Assembly (NCBI GenBank): GCA_036172245.1
Contig: JAYWIR010000039.1
Span: forward strand, 682,001-746,000
DNA from: Raillietiella orientalis
Lineage: Eukaryota
Direction: 5' to 3'
Length of the DNA stretch: 64,000 bases
In this document: positions 24,791 through 36,667 of the stretch, in pieces
How positions within the stretch are numbered: position 1 is the stretch's first letter
How the letters are laid out: the number at the start of each line of letters is the position of its first letter
Notes under the pieces: generated by a model
What the model saw: the letters and a program-made list of their open reading frames with translations, nothing else
Database searches by the model: none
What the model was told of the DNA's origin: nothing
Translations under genes and position numbers: made by a program

Positions 24791-26679
24791 TTCCACGTCC
24801 ACCAGGAACCACGGACGCGCACGCACCCATTTGGTCCTCTGATCCCCGGAAGGGAGCAACGAATGCCAGTAGGTCCGGTGGCGGCGGCAGTACGGGGGCT
24901 GGGTGAGGATGAGGTTGGACGGGGTCGAAGTCCTGCGATGGTACCACCGCACAGAGAAGGCTGTTCGCATCGGCGTCGCGTCTTGGGATTGTGGACATCT
25001 GCCGGACGGAGGGGAGGCTTCTCCTCCGCTGAGATCCCTTGGGGGTGCGAGCGAGTAAACTCTGACGCGGCCGGCGAACGGAAGAGACTCGCGGTGTGAC
25101 CCCGAGGATGCGTTCCCTCCTTGTTCGGGTCGCACGCGCACGCGGATCGCTTCTCATCTCGGCCTCTTCTTCCGCGACCGCGTGCGCTGTCGGGGACAGT
25201 CAAGGGGAAGGATGTAAGAAAGAAGGGGGAGTGAGGATGCTGTTGCTGCCACTGTTGCTGCTGCATCTGATCTTCCGCCGTCTCCACTTGGTGCACACAC
25301 CCGGTCTCCAAGGTCGCCTTTCTTCCGCGTCTCGCCGCCAGCTGCTCTCGCCGTTGTCTCAACTTCCTTGACGAGCGCTGCAATGCTCGGCTGCTGAAGC
25401 CGGGAGCGCGGGCGCGTCAGAGTGAGTGGTGCTTAGTGTGAGTACCCAGGGAGCGTCTCGAACGCTGAAGTCGCGCTGGTCCGACAGCGACTTCGGCGCG
25501 GCGGCAAGGGATCCGTGAAGCGCGGTTCTGAGCTTCCCTCGCGTTTCCGGGTGCCCGCCTTTCCCCCTGCCCGTCCGGCCCGAGTCCTCCTGCCGCTCCT
25601 GCGGGTGTTGGGGATCCAGGGATTCGCGGACCCGAAATGCATCTTCCGGTCTCCGCAGCCTCTCTGCCCTACGTCGGCTTTCCTGCGTTCGCGTGGGGAG
25701 GGCCGAGACACTCGGCTCCTCTCGACAAGAGATCGCCCTCGGCGCGTGCCAAAGGGTCGGGGTCTTCTGTGCCACTCGTAGGCTTGCATTCTGCTCCTCT
25801 TCACAGGAGCTGTTCGGCGGGAAGATGGACCCTGCGTTGAAGGGAGGGGCTGCTGGGAAGACGGAATCTCCGCGGTCCTTGACTGTTGTTCCTCCCTGGG
25901 CTTCGACTCGTCCGGCGCCAGTAGCCGAGTCGAGCCACTCCCTTCTCGAGCAGTGAGCTGTTGAGAGAACTCGGAGCACTTGCGGTCTTCGCACGTCCAT
26001 TCGCAAGGATTTCTGGCACGTGGCTCGTTCTCTCCGGATCTGTTCCAGCAGTGACTCCGAGTGCAGATGAGGACGCCTTCCCCTCTCCGCTCGCCCTTTG
26101 CTCCCGGGAAAGAGGACGGACGGGAGCGACTCCCACAGGATGCTCTCGCCCGCTGCTCGAAATAAGCGTTTCGGACGTCCTGGCAAGGAGCGAATCCCTC
26201 AGGCCCTACTGCTCGCCGCGGGTAGGCGTGAGCCACCCTCTTTCGCTTGTCAGCCCGGCGTGTCCGGACCTGCTCCGTTCGAAGAGCTCCTACGCTGGCG
26301 TCTCGTTCCCCTCCCTTCGCCACTCTCACCATGAACGAATGCTGGCGCCTCTACGACTTGCTGCCCCGTCTATACATCGAGGGGATGGCAATCCCCTTTG
26401 CCATCCTTTTGTTTATCATTCCAGAAGATAACGAGGCCTTCGTAATCTTCGGCCAATGGCCGTCTTTGTCTCCCCTTGTTTCGAGGCTGCTTGAACCTCG
26501 GCAGTCACGAACGCTCGTTTTCTTGCCCGTACGCAGCATGAGCTTCAGTTTGCATTGCCCCTTGACGGTGGCGCGCACTTAGCGAGAAAGGACCGCAAAG
26601 GTGAGAGGCTTCATAAGGGAGGGAGCAGATGAAAGGTTCTTGTACTCTGAGGAAGGAAGACACCTTGTCCTATCAGGTC

Positions 26680-26860
26680 ATTTCGAAAGCGATGGCCGTC
26701 TGGTGCTTTTAGCTGCTGCAAGTTTCGACTTTCCATCTGGAAACTGCTGCCGCTTTGCCGGATGGCTTGTCTTTTCGAGGACTGTCGTTTGCAGCCCATC
26801 CAGAAGCCATTCAGGGTTCCACATTCTTTCCCTGTGTTGTGGTTATCTTCACGCACGGAC
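26680..26860 (-). mobile_element. Possible remnant of a TTF-type zinc finger of a hAT transposase
   Basis: FWMGCKR...SGSSFQMES and, after a frameshift, SS*KHQTAI resemble FCxxC...GxxxF...HxxSxxHxxA. Confidence 0.22.
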
Positions 26861-27768
26861 GCAATTTTTTTCCGTGCATTCCCTCATCCTGTACTGTGGC
26901 TTCCATAGGGATGGTAATGGTTTCATCGGAACCGTTATTCTTCTTCGGAATTCTTCGAGTTGAGTGAGGTTGATTTCTTTGGTCTCCACTGACGATCGAC
27001 TTCCACGTCGTAGCTGAGTCCCAGTGTCCAGAGTCGGTTTCGAGTTCCAGCTCGTGGTGTTTGGTTGGCTCGCAGCATCCTCGGCAAAAATGAGCACGGT
27101 GACTTGACCAGGTCGCTCAAAGATGAGCAGAGGCCACAGGCCGGCAAACGGACGTTCAGGAAACTTCCGTCACGTCGAATCGCTCAGGAACGGTCGACAA
27201 CCAGTCATCGATGCTCTTGAGTACCGGCTCTTCCTCCCTGGCTGCCAGTGGTCGATGCTGCACAGATGCACTGGTGACTGGTGTCCACCCGTGTAGCTCG
27301 CCCAGCGGTGCCAAGCGATGCCTTGGATTTGCCAAGCAAGGGTGAGCCGCAAGAAGTTCCTGATTAACGGTGCACTGTTCACAAGGAGTGTCCGTTGTTC
27401 CGAGCGACCAGATTTCCTTTTCTCCCTGCGTATGTGGGCGTGGAAACTCAAGTGCGCTCGAAAGCTCGTTGGATGACGGAAAAGAACCTTTTTCTCTTCC
27501 TGTTTCGACGGGTTCACTGCTGGGGGGTCTTTGCCGTACGTTTAGAACATTCCTGTAGGCTTTCTCAGGGTAGGTGATGCCGTAAGGTGTGATATGTGAA
27601 GGCACCCCACATCCACCACCCCATTTGTTTTGGTTCTCGCCCTTTACAATACGAAGCGCTCCCGGCGCTCTGAAAATTTTCGCACCAGCTCTTCCTCTGG
27701 CGGACGATGTTGCAGAAGTCTTCCGAGAAAAATGGTTTCTTGACTATGCGAGCAGCGTTAGCGAGTGC

Positions 27769-28793
27769 ATCAGTAAGGCAGAGGTGAACGAAAAGCGGCG
27801 CCATATGCCCGACGGTTCCTTCCTGGTGAGGGACGTGACCTCGAAGAGCGGCGAGCACACGCTGACGCTGCGGAACAACGGCACCAACCGCCTCATCCGC
27901 ATATACCAGCGTGTAGACCGCTTCAGCTTCCGGGACGCGTGCACGTTCCACTCTGTCGGCGGTCGCTGTCGCTGTACAACCAGATTCTGGACGTGCGGCT
28001 GCCCAACCCAGTAAGCAGGTTCGGCCCGTGACCGGAGACGGAGCTGGCTAGCGACGCGCTGCTGTCCAAGCTTCTAGAGTGCAACGTGCGATACGCAGAT
28101 GCATCTACGATGACGTGTACGAGAACGTACGAGCGGGAGGTCGAGAAGCTGCACAACCCGCGGGAGGCTTAGGAGACCTTCTGTGACCTGGCAGCCATGT
28201 TCCGAGAGCAGCGGAAGCTGCTGGACGCCTTCGGAAAGTAGGCGGGGACGAGCGAGGAGCACGTGTAGAACTTGCGGCTGCAGCTGGAGTGCCACGGTGT
28301 GCTGCTGCAGCAGCTGCACGAGGAGGATGTCGAGGTGCTCAGCAAGGTCACCTTCCGGAATGCGCTCACTCGGCCGCAAGATGGAGCTCAGCTCGCTCAC
28401 GAAGACGCGCGAGCATCCGTCCATGCTGCTGCGCAGCTGAGACTTCGACCCTGGTCACTCGGACTTCCTGGACTCGCTCGTTCCCCTCCGAACCTGCACC
28501 TGCAAGACACGTGATATCTCCCCCAGTGCACGCGCCAGCAGATAGAGCGCCTGTTCCAGGGCCGACCCGACGGTACGTTCCTGGTCTGGCCTAGCCGGCA
28601 GTATGGGCAGCTGGCCCTTTCTCTTGTCTGTGTCGTCTTCGTCAACCACTGGAAAATCTACCCGACAGAACGCGGCTGTGACTTCACCAAGCCCTACTGC
28701 TCTTCAGCTCCCTGGACTCCCTCGTCCTTTACTACTCCATCCGCTCGCCGAGCACAACCCGGCCCTCCCGACCATCCTCCTTCACCTGTGTAC
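27769..28793 (+). pseudogene. PIK3R-like: Intronless pseudogene of class IA PI3-kinase regulatory subunit (p85/p55/p60 type; nSH2-iSH2-cSH2)
   Basis: nSH2: [45 protein letters not shown]...[17 protein letters not shown]. Coiled-coil iSH2 with several in-frame stops. cSH2: DT*YLPQCTRQQIERLFQGRPDGTFLVW...VNHWKIYPTERGCDFTKPY...LAEHNPAL. Frameshifts present, no introns. Confidence 0.92.
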
Positions 28794-29494
28794 GACGGGT
28801 CGGGCCACTTCAGGACCTCTTCCATTCTGTGATAAGAACGAGACGAGGGAGAGGAAAGAAAGGCGAATCCTCTCCTTCCCTCTCTCCCTCGCCTTACTCC
28901 CCTCCCCCTCAAAAAGCAACAAGAAAAAAAAACCAGCGGGCGGAGGAGCGCGGATTCCATTTCAGGTACGCACGGAGATGCACGAAGGTGACTCAGAAGG
29001 ATTATTTGGCATTATTTGTTGGTAGAATAGGGTCATCGCACACGATTGGATCCAGTGGCAGGGGGGGTATAGTAGCGCTCTCTTGGGGTCTGGCCGAGCG
29101 CGGAAGGCGATCACGTAACGCTGTTCCTCCGTCTCGGCCTGGCTCTGCAGGAGATCGTTCTTCGTGTGCTCTCCGTCAGCCCATCTGCAGAGTCGGCAAC
29201 GCCCACCCGATCAGATGCCCTGCTCTTATCAAAAGGGAATCGCCCTTGCTACTGCATGCGCTCCTTCCTGCTTTTTGGACCGGGAAACGAGGAGGACCCT
29301 TTCCTTCCCCCTTCCCCCTCCCCCAATGTGAGCCTGTTCCAGAAGGTTGCCTCTTGCTCGTTTACTCTTTCCTTTCAGCTGGAAGAGTTCAATGGCCACC
29401 TCTTCCTAGAAATCGATTGCCTCCAGCTAATTAGACGCCATCAAGGGTAAACCAACAAGCAGCGGGGCGCACCCTCACTTCTGCAGCGAAAGCT

Positions 29495-30155
29495 GTTTAA
29501 ACACAGTTCGCGCCACCCGAGGGTGCGTCTTTACTCTTCAGGTTAAGGGGTTGCCCTGGCGGGACCACCCTATGAATCCGGAAAGGCTCCGGAGCCAGCA
29601 GTCCATTCCTCCCTCATTCTTAGTAGGGAATCCCGAAGAGAAATCTCGCCCCGGTTGTCTCCGAAGGGAACTCCGAAGACCATATTGTCTCCGGAGGGAC
29701 TTCGGAGGAAGTCTCTCCTCATTTCTTCTTCGGAGGGAGCTCCCGGAAAGGATCCGCTCCTCGTTTCCTCCTGTGAAGGGAATCCCGAAGGGACGCTTCC
29801 CGATTTCTCCCTGAAGGGCTCTCCCCGAAAGGAGCGGCGCGCTTCTCACACTCTTCAGAGGCAACCCCCCGAGGGTTGCCTCTCCAGAGTGGGAAAAGCA
29901 ACCCACCGAGGGGGATCTCAGCCAGTTCCGTGCTACGCGATGGAGGGTCGCCCCCTGAGGGGACGAAAGGCTCCATTTTCACAACCGGAGAGGAACCCCG
30001 TAAAGAACGGGCTCCTTGATTCCTGGAAGGAATTCCTGAGAGCAACTTCCAATCCCTGCCAGTCGACGGGGGCATCCGGCCTCCGGCTTTCTCTAGTGTC
30101 GCGCTCGATGCCCACAAGCCATTTCATCTCAAAGTACTCGCACCCCCAAACGCTG
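29495..30155 (-). mobile_element. tRNA-derived SINE copy 3 (head missing, body uninterrupted)
   Basis: Shares CGCCACCCGAGGGTGCGT, CCTATGAATCCGGAAA, GGGCTCCTTGATTC and CAACTTCCAATCC blocks with copies 1 and 2. Confidence 0.75.
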
Positions 30156-30289
30156 TAAGAAGTTCCTCTTTAACGACCTTCCTCCTTGATTTCTCACAGA
30201 TTGGCGACATCGCTGCCACAATTCAAGGCAACGAAGATGCAGCCTCCCTGAGTGCGTCTCACAAACGGACGCTGTGGGCGAGGACGTCT

Positions 30290-31760
30290 TTTAAACCCCG
30301 TTAAGCGCGTCTCTCCTTTTATCTCTCCTGCTGCAGTCCAGAGCTAAAGAGGATCTGCCGGGCTGCTTGCCCGAAGCTACGCCGCTCGATAGTGGTGAAT
30401 TTACTCCGAGCAACGCAGCTTCCGTGTATATAAATCAGGGTGGGATTGGGTACCCGCGCGGAGCAGGGAGGCACTTCCAGATGACTCCGCTCTTTTGGAG
30501 GACCATTTCTTTTTCGGCAGACATTCCGAGCGAGGATTCGTTCTTCATCTTCGATAGCACTTCAGCCTTGAGATGGAGCAAGTTCCACCCGATTTGTCTT
30601 CGGGAGATTCATTTCGTCTCCACAGTAACCGATAAGCTGGCAGACCCCTAGCCGAAAGGCAAGAGCCAAGCAGTTCCTGAAAATCCCAAAGTTGGGAGTC
30701 TTAAAGGTTTCTTCCTCGACTCATTTTTTGCGTTTTCTCGACGCCCTGATATCTATTGAAGCCCGCAACTGTGGACGATGATTTCTCGAACGCGTGCAGA
30801 CAAGACAAAGCGAAATGAAAAAAAAAAAAAAACGCACACACACACACATACAAAAAAAAAAAAAAAAAACACAGAGGACAGAATGCAGCTGTCACCCGAG
30901 AGACCGATAACAAGCTCAGGATTGTTGTTCTTGGCTACGAGGGTGCAAGAAGTGGCGACACAGCAGCAATTTTTCTTGTTTCGTGCATCGCCGCGTCCCG
31001 ATGCCTCGGAAGCTGTTCATGATGCAGCTGTTCGTGATGGCTGCAACGTAAAAAGCACCGCAGCGATTTGGAACGAAGCCTTTGCAGTGAAAGAATAAAA
31101 TCGCCTCGTCGAGGAATAGCTCGTGATCTGTTGTGTGATGTCCTCCGCCAGAATAAAAAGATCCGAAAGGTCACTGGTCGATAGGAAGGTGTCTGTCCAG
31201 CAAGGAAGAATATGTCGACAGCTGAACTGGCAACCTCCAAGTCCAAACCTAACAACAAGAAAGATCACCCTCCAAATCGGCTGAACGGACAACCTCAGGT
31301 CCACCCTTGAATTCCGGTCTGTGAGCATCTTTGATAGAATGGTCTTCCATGAAGGACATCTCTTTCCATCGACGATAGAAGCCTCCCCGTCCACAAGAAA
31401 TCTCACGAGCGTCCTTAGCGCTCACGGACTGCCTCCCAGCTTCCGTCAGCTGCGTCCCAGTGCTTCATGGATGAAGGATGAAACCCACTCTTTCCAGCGA
31501 GAATCCTGTGAGGTGGAACAATAAGCCAGTCTATCGGAGACAGAAGGCAACTCTTTGCGGACTACGATTCCCGTTTCGCCTCCTTCGAGACTGGGAAGGG
31601 AAGAGAAGAGATCCGAAATCATGCTGGGATTGCTGGACCATGGACCATCCTCCCAAAATCCGCCTCGAATCTGCCGTTCTAAATGCACGCGCAGGAGGTG
31701 GAGTCTGAGCTTGGTCCTCCGGCATCCCCTTGCTCATAGGAGGCAGCTCCGCAGAGTTGA
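30290..31760 (-). mobile_element. Decayed L1/Tx1-like ORF2 3' region with a low-complexity insert at about 30720-31100
   Basis: HLERQIRGGFWEDG...LFSSLPSLEGGETGI (RT thumb-like), followed by a C..CG..E-like motif and IWKC near 30460-30650. Confidence 0.4.
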
Positions 31761-33249
31761 GTCCTCAGAATCTCGGTGGATGATTTCAAGGGCTCTCGGA
31801 GGAGCCTCGCGGAGCAGCAACACGCCTCCTGGTTTGCCTGCCAGAGGGACTCTTCCATAGCGAACATGGAGCGCTAGGAGGAATTCGCCACGGATAGTAC
31901 TTTGTCAGCATCTTCTTGCTTCGCCGCTTCGCAAAACCTCGAGACGATGCTCCTCACGAATTTTGCGTCCGGTCCACTACACGCATACTAGGATGCGACA
32001 AAGAAATAACCCCTTCTCTCATTCTGATCCGGATCCTTGATGCGTGCGTTCCCTGAACATCGCTAATGCTCGCTCTTTAGCCTTTCGGATAGGAAAGGAC
32101 GCCAGTTTTTTGGGTAAAAGAGGCTTCGATACTCGAGGATGGAGCACAGTTCACGGGTTAAGCCGGCTACATGCGTGCAGCGTTCCGAGGACGGACAGTC
32201 GAGGAGCCTGGGATACGGCCTGCAGAGTGGGCACCTCTTCAGTGCGGTCTCATTTCCTCGCACGTGGAGGGATGGGATCCGAAAACATGACGCTTGTCAT
32301 GAAAGCAAGCAAGCAAGCAGCGTTCCCTTCCTGGAGAGGAACGTGCCAAGTCACGTTAACAATCCTCCCTTCCCCTGCCCCAGAGGGAAAAGAAAGAAAA
32401 GGATGCACAGTTTCCCTGCTCGTGCATAAGAGCAGGGAAACAGTGTCACGAAATCAAGTCAAGAGAAAGTGAGCGCGACCTTTCCGCTTTCACCATTGAC
32501 CTTCCTGCGTATGCAGCAACGCTGTTATTTGTCTACCTTTATTAAGGGCAATCTTCTACAGGATCTGAATGCTCTTTTACAAACACTGTGTTTCGGGACT
32601 CTTTGCTTTACTGGTTCCTGCCGTGCTGGGTACATAGGTTGGGCTTTAATGAACCAGATCGGGCTTAACGGACCTGAGAGTGTGTTGCTTCTTGAGCCCA
32701 ATTTCCCAAAGAGCCCCACTGCTCGTGGTCAATAAGGAATCGGCATCAAAGAAGGTACCTGTTGCCTCTTCCAGATGAAAACAAATGCCGAAGGATTGGC
32801 TGCGAAAGAGGACGGCGAGGTATTCGGAAAAGCACCGGAACTCGTCCTTTGGAGGTCACCCAAGAGAAAATGGGTCAGCAACGAGATGAAAGGACTGGGC
32901 AGCACGCTCCTCCGTTTCGGTTGCGTCTCAGCAGCCTCGAATCCACGATGTGGCTGGCTCGAAGCTGCTGAGGAAGACCCCAATTGCCACTGAGGTCTTC
33001 AGAGAATCATCGCTTCCTCTATAAACTTGCTGTCCGCGCAATTGTCACTAACAGATCTAGTGTGTGGGTGCGCGGTGCGGGAGGAGTCACCTTGCAAGTT
33101 CGCTACCCCTGCATGCGGCATCCCACTTTGACCAGTGTATTCGTTAAAAGAGCAGAAGGGATGATAGATCCCACTTTCTTCTTCACTGGTCTCCTTCACC
33201 ACTGTCTGCTTTCCTGCCAACTGCACCACGGTTTCGAAGGTTCTTCCAT

Positions 33250-34100
33250 TACCGGCAACATGTCCTATCCGCCTCTTCCAGTACACATCTCGGGAATGCT
33301 GCATACATTTCTTCTTCGAAATTCGAGAAGACCATTGCCCATTCATCTCAGCACTGTGTCATCTTCCTGACTCAAGGATGCAAGGTCTCCTATTACGCTA
33401 CAGGCACGCAAAAAGTTCCTCGATACAGTCCGGGCTAGCCCTTGATACTGACTCCACTTGGCCTCTTCTGGGGCTGGCTCTGGGTTTTCGTAAGGGCAAG
33501 CAACGTCTAATAGAAGTGCTTTTTCGACGCTTCGAACCACTTGGTCTGCTGTCGGAATGGTCTGGCTGGTGGTTACCGATTTCCAGTGCTTCCGTCTCCT
33601 CACCAAGCAAGTCACGTGGTAGATCATCTAGTCAACCAATTAAGAAGCGTGGCACGAGGAAAACGGAAGTTGGCGGCTCCCTACCATCCAGTCAGAGAGA
33701 AGACAAAGTCTTCGGTGGTCGGAAGCTAAGTGGTTCCTGAGAGCACTGTCTGTCTTCTTGGCTCCAGATCCAGAATAGAGTCCTCGTATTCCATTCTGCA
33801 CTCCCAGACTGGGCCGAGAGAAGAACTGTAAAGAAGGTAAGCCGAATACCGGGCATCTCACCTGTTCTTCACCGGGATCTTTACTGGAGGTGGTGCCAGG
33901 GTTTCTGGGAGAAGCCCAATACCCAAGAAACGACAGCACACGCAGAGAACTCGGAGTTCCTTTCATGCAGGGTAGGAAACCTGAAGCTGAGGACGGCGTG
34001 TGCTGGGCTCACCTTTTGATCAGGATGAAGATCGCCTGAGGCAACCGCGAACGCGGAGTCGCTTTTTCGGCAGGATGACAGCGCGGAGGAGTCCAGATAT
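33250..34100 (-). mobile_element. NeSL/Utopia-like REL-endonuclease retrotransposon, C-terminal remnant
   Basis: ADQVVRSVEKALLLDVACPYENPEPAPEEAKWSQYQGLA...VIGDLASLSQEDDTVL followed by HSRDVYW matches the PD..D-PFEN...K..KY..LA...VGALG...SRDIY pattern. Upstream RPSLGV resembles RARL. Confidence 0.72.
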
Positions 34101-34899
34101 CTTTCCATGATGCACCCAAGAATTTCTAATGGAAGGGGAGAAGAGGAACTTGGAGTTTTCGGTTCCCCGGGTTGACCTTCTTTCCAGCGACCAGCCTCCG
34201 TGGAACTGCTCCGTGGAACCTGTGAGTTCCCGCAACCACTCAAAGTGTGGTGGTGACTGTCTTCCTCCCTCCTCCTGGACACCCCAGGAGGCAGCCTCTG
34301 CCTACCCATGGACTGGATTCTGGGACTGGCACTCTGCCATCTCCTGCGGACTCACGGTGCCCCACACTCGTTTCCGGCGGAGGATAACCGGCGGCATAAA
34401 GCGCGAAGATGAGAGACTTCTTCTACCGGCGCATTCTCCTGCCTCTTTTTTGCTTTCTCTTTAGGGTTTGCATTCGCGAAGGGGGTCGGCTTCAACAAAG
34501 TTCGAAAGTTCGACAAAGTTCGTTACGGGATATCTCTTCAGCGGGCGCAGTCGGTCATTAAACCCACCGCTCATCCTGTAGAGTGGGTCTTCATTCTGAT
34601 GAAGAAAAAAATTCGACCCGCCACTTCGTTTATTGCGTCATTCGCGAGTGCGGCTTTTCCCTCCCATTTTTTTGTCCAAAATCATCCCGAATCCCGTTGA
34701 ACTTCGCCCTACGCCTTGTTCTCAGAGTAATTGAAGTTTTTCGGTCCTCTAAGGACAGAAGGGATATCTCTGCAGTGGCCTCCGTCTCCAGAAAACCCGT
34801 CCGTCCCTCTGCGAGCGCGCGGTGTTGCCAAAGTCAGCAGCCGGCGGCGGAAGCAGGCGGAGGGTTCTCTCGGTGTGCAGTTCACGGAGAAGCAGATGA

Positions 34900-35350
34900 G
34901 GTCGTGGGCCTCCGGCAGGTGACCGCGCTGCGAGACAACATGTGGGATCTGTTCCGCTCCCGTGCTTCGAAGAAGGGGAGATTCCGCACGCTCGACTGCG
35001 GGAGGTGAGACTCCAGTCACATGGGATATCCAGGGCGAAAAAAAATCCGGTGGCCCGCAAGCTCTGCAGCCGGGTTCTGAGAGAGCTGGGGGAAGGTGAG
35101 GGATCCGGGAGCACGGAATTTCTGCCAGGAAATTACAAAAATACATCCTGCGACTCTCAATCCTGTGACAGATCGGTCTGACCTTGGATGCTGCCTCCAG
35201 ATCGCGAGCGCAGTCCGACTCATCTGGCACTCCCGGATGTCCTGCCTCGGTTCTGCTGAGATGCTTCCAAATAAAAAATACGTTGGCCCTATTTTTGTTC
35301 CAGGATACGACAGGATGCATCCTGGAACACCGGAGCGAGCCGGAACGCGA
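34900..35350 (+). mobile_element. Decayed L1/Tx1-like 3' fragment (second family)
   Basis: LDCGR*DSSH...PVARKL and GCCLQIASAVRLIWHSR (IWxxR motif typical of the L1/Tx1 ORF2 C-terminus). Confidence 0.35.
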
Positions 35351-36289
35351 TGGAGACTATCTGCTCATCGAGCGGTGGGCACGCGCATCGCCGCGAAGGG
35401 CTCGCGGTCCTGGCGCGCACGCTTGCACCTTCTTCGCCCTCAGCATTTCCCGTTTCCCCGACGCAACTCTTGCGCAAGCGCGGGCGCGTATCTGGTATCC
35501 CTGCTTCTTACGCTTTAGGCAGAGTTCCGTGTCTGGTCGGGACTTCCATCCTTTGGACGGGTGGAAGTGAAGTGCAGCCGAATCTGCGGTCTTACCGATG
35601 GCTTCTTTGCGGTGTCAGCAAAGAAGCCATCGGAAAGGCCGCAGCGTCGCGCACCAGGGAACGATCGAGTGGGGACGACGCCTTGTGCTTTTTTTCGCCG
35701 AGGGCTCTTCCATCTCGACAACGGATTTGCGAGATGAAGCTAGACAGCAGCGGAAGATGCTCCCCTCGCGAGACGCGAGGGTTTCACGCGAAGTGGCGCG
35801 GAGGTGCAGGCGCAGCTGAAGACAGCCAGTGCCGTGGCAGCGGGCCGACCACTGATCTGGGACTGCGATGCAGGGCGGATTCCTCGAGGACGGAAAACCA
35901 CTGGCGAGAACGACCCAGGGCACCACCCCTGGGCTCGTTCTCACCGGTGTTTGGTCATTCTCTTGCCCCTTTCGCGAAGGAGCCGGAGGATGTTTGAGAA
36001 ATCTGCGGGGATAAAGAGCGCCCAAGGGGGGAGCCGATCACGAAGTCACCGGAAACACTTATACAGATAATGGCACCCAGTTTTCTCTGGCCCCCCTCCT
36101 GGAGGGTGGTTTTCGCACCATTTATCCTTGCGACCCATAAGGAAAAGAGTGCCAGGCTCGAAGCAGAGTGCGGCTGTACCCAGTCATCCGCTAAAATAAA
36201 CTCATTCTTCGTTAGCAAGATTGATTGGGAACTCATTTTCACAAATGTTAAATCGCGCACAAGACAAAAACCATTTCCCCAAAGTACGT

Positions 36290-36377
36290 GTCAAAATTTT
36301 TTCATTTCTTTTTCTAGATGAAATGCGTGGAAATCACACACATTTCATCTAAAAAAAAGAAAATAAAAATTTCGACG
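36290..36377. repeat. AT-rich fold-back, about 40-bp imperfect arms
   Basis: The core TTTTTCTAGATGAAATGCGTG (36309-36329) pairs with CACACATTTCATCTAAAAAAA (36337-36357). Pairing extends outward to GTCAAAATTTT / AAAATTTCGAC. Confidence 0.8.
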
Positions 36378-36667
36378 TGTTTTTCAAGTCCCTTTCTGAT
36401 TTCTCTTAAAGAAAAAAAGGCGAAAGCGAAAAGAAAGTAAATAACCGACATGAATACGAACGAAGACATAACTGATAAGGTTAAGTAAAGGCATCACAGG
36501 CAACCAAGGAAAAGCTTGCCACACACAGTTTTGTTTTCGGCGTTCCCATTGGAGATTCTCGAGCCACCGAATAAAGTAGCGCATTATCGTGTACGAGTGC
36601 CCTCTACTTAACCACAGTGAAAAGAAATCAAAAAGAAAAAGAGCCTCACTGCTTGCTACCACTGTAG

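Noticed and set aside
28828..28846. U2 snRNA target-like GTTCTTATCA on the minus strand
   Set aside because: The match is too short and interrupted to distinguish from chance.
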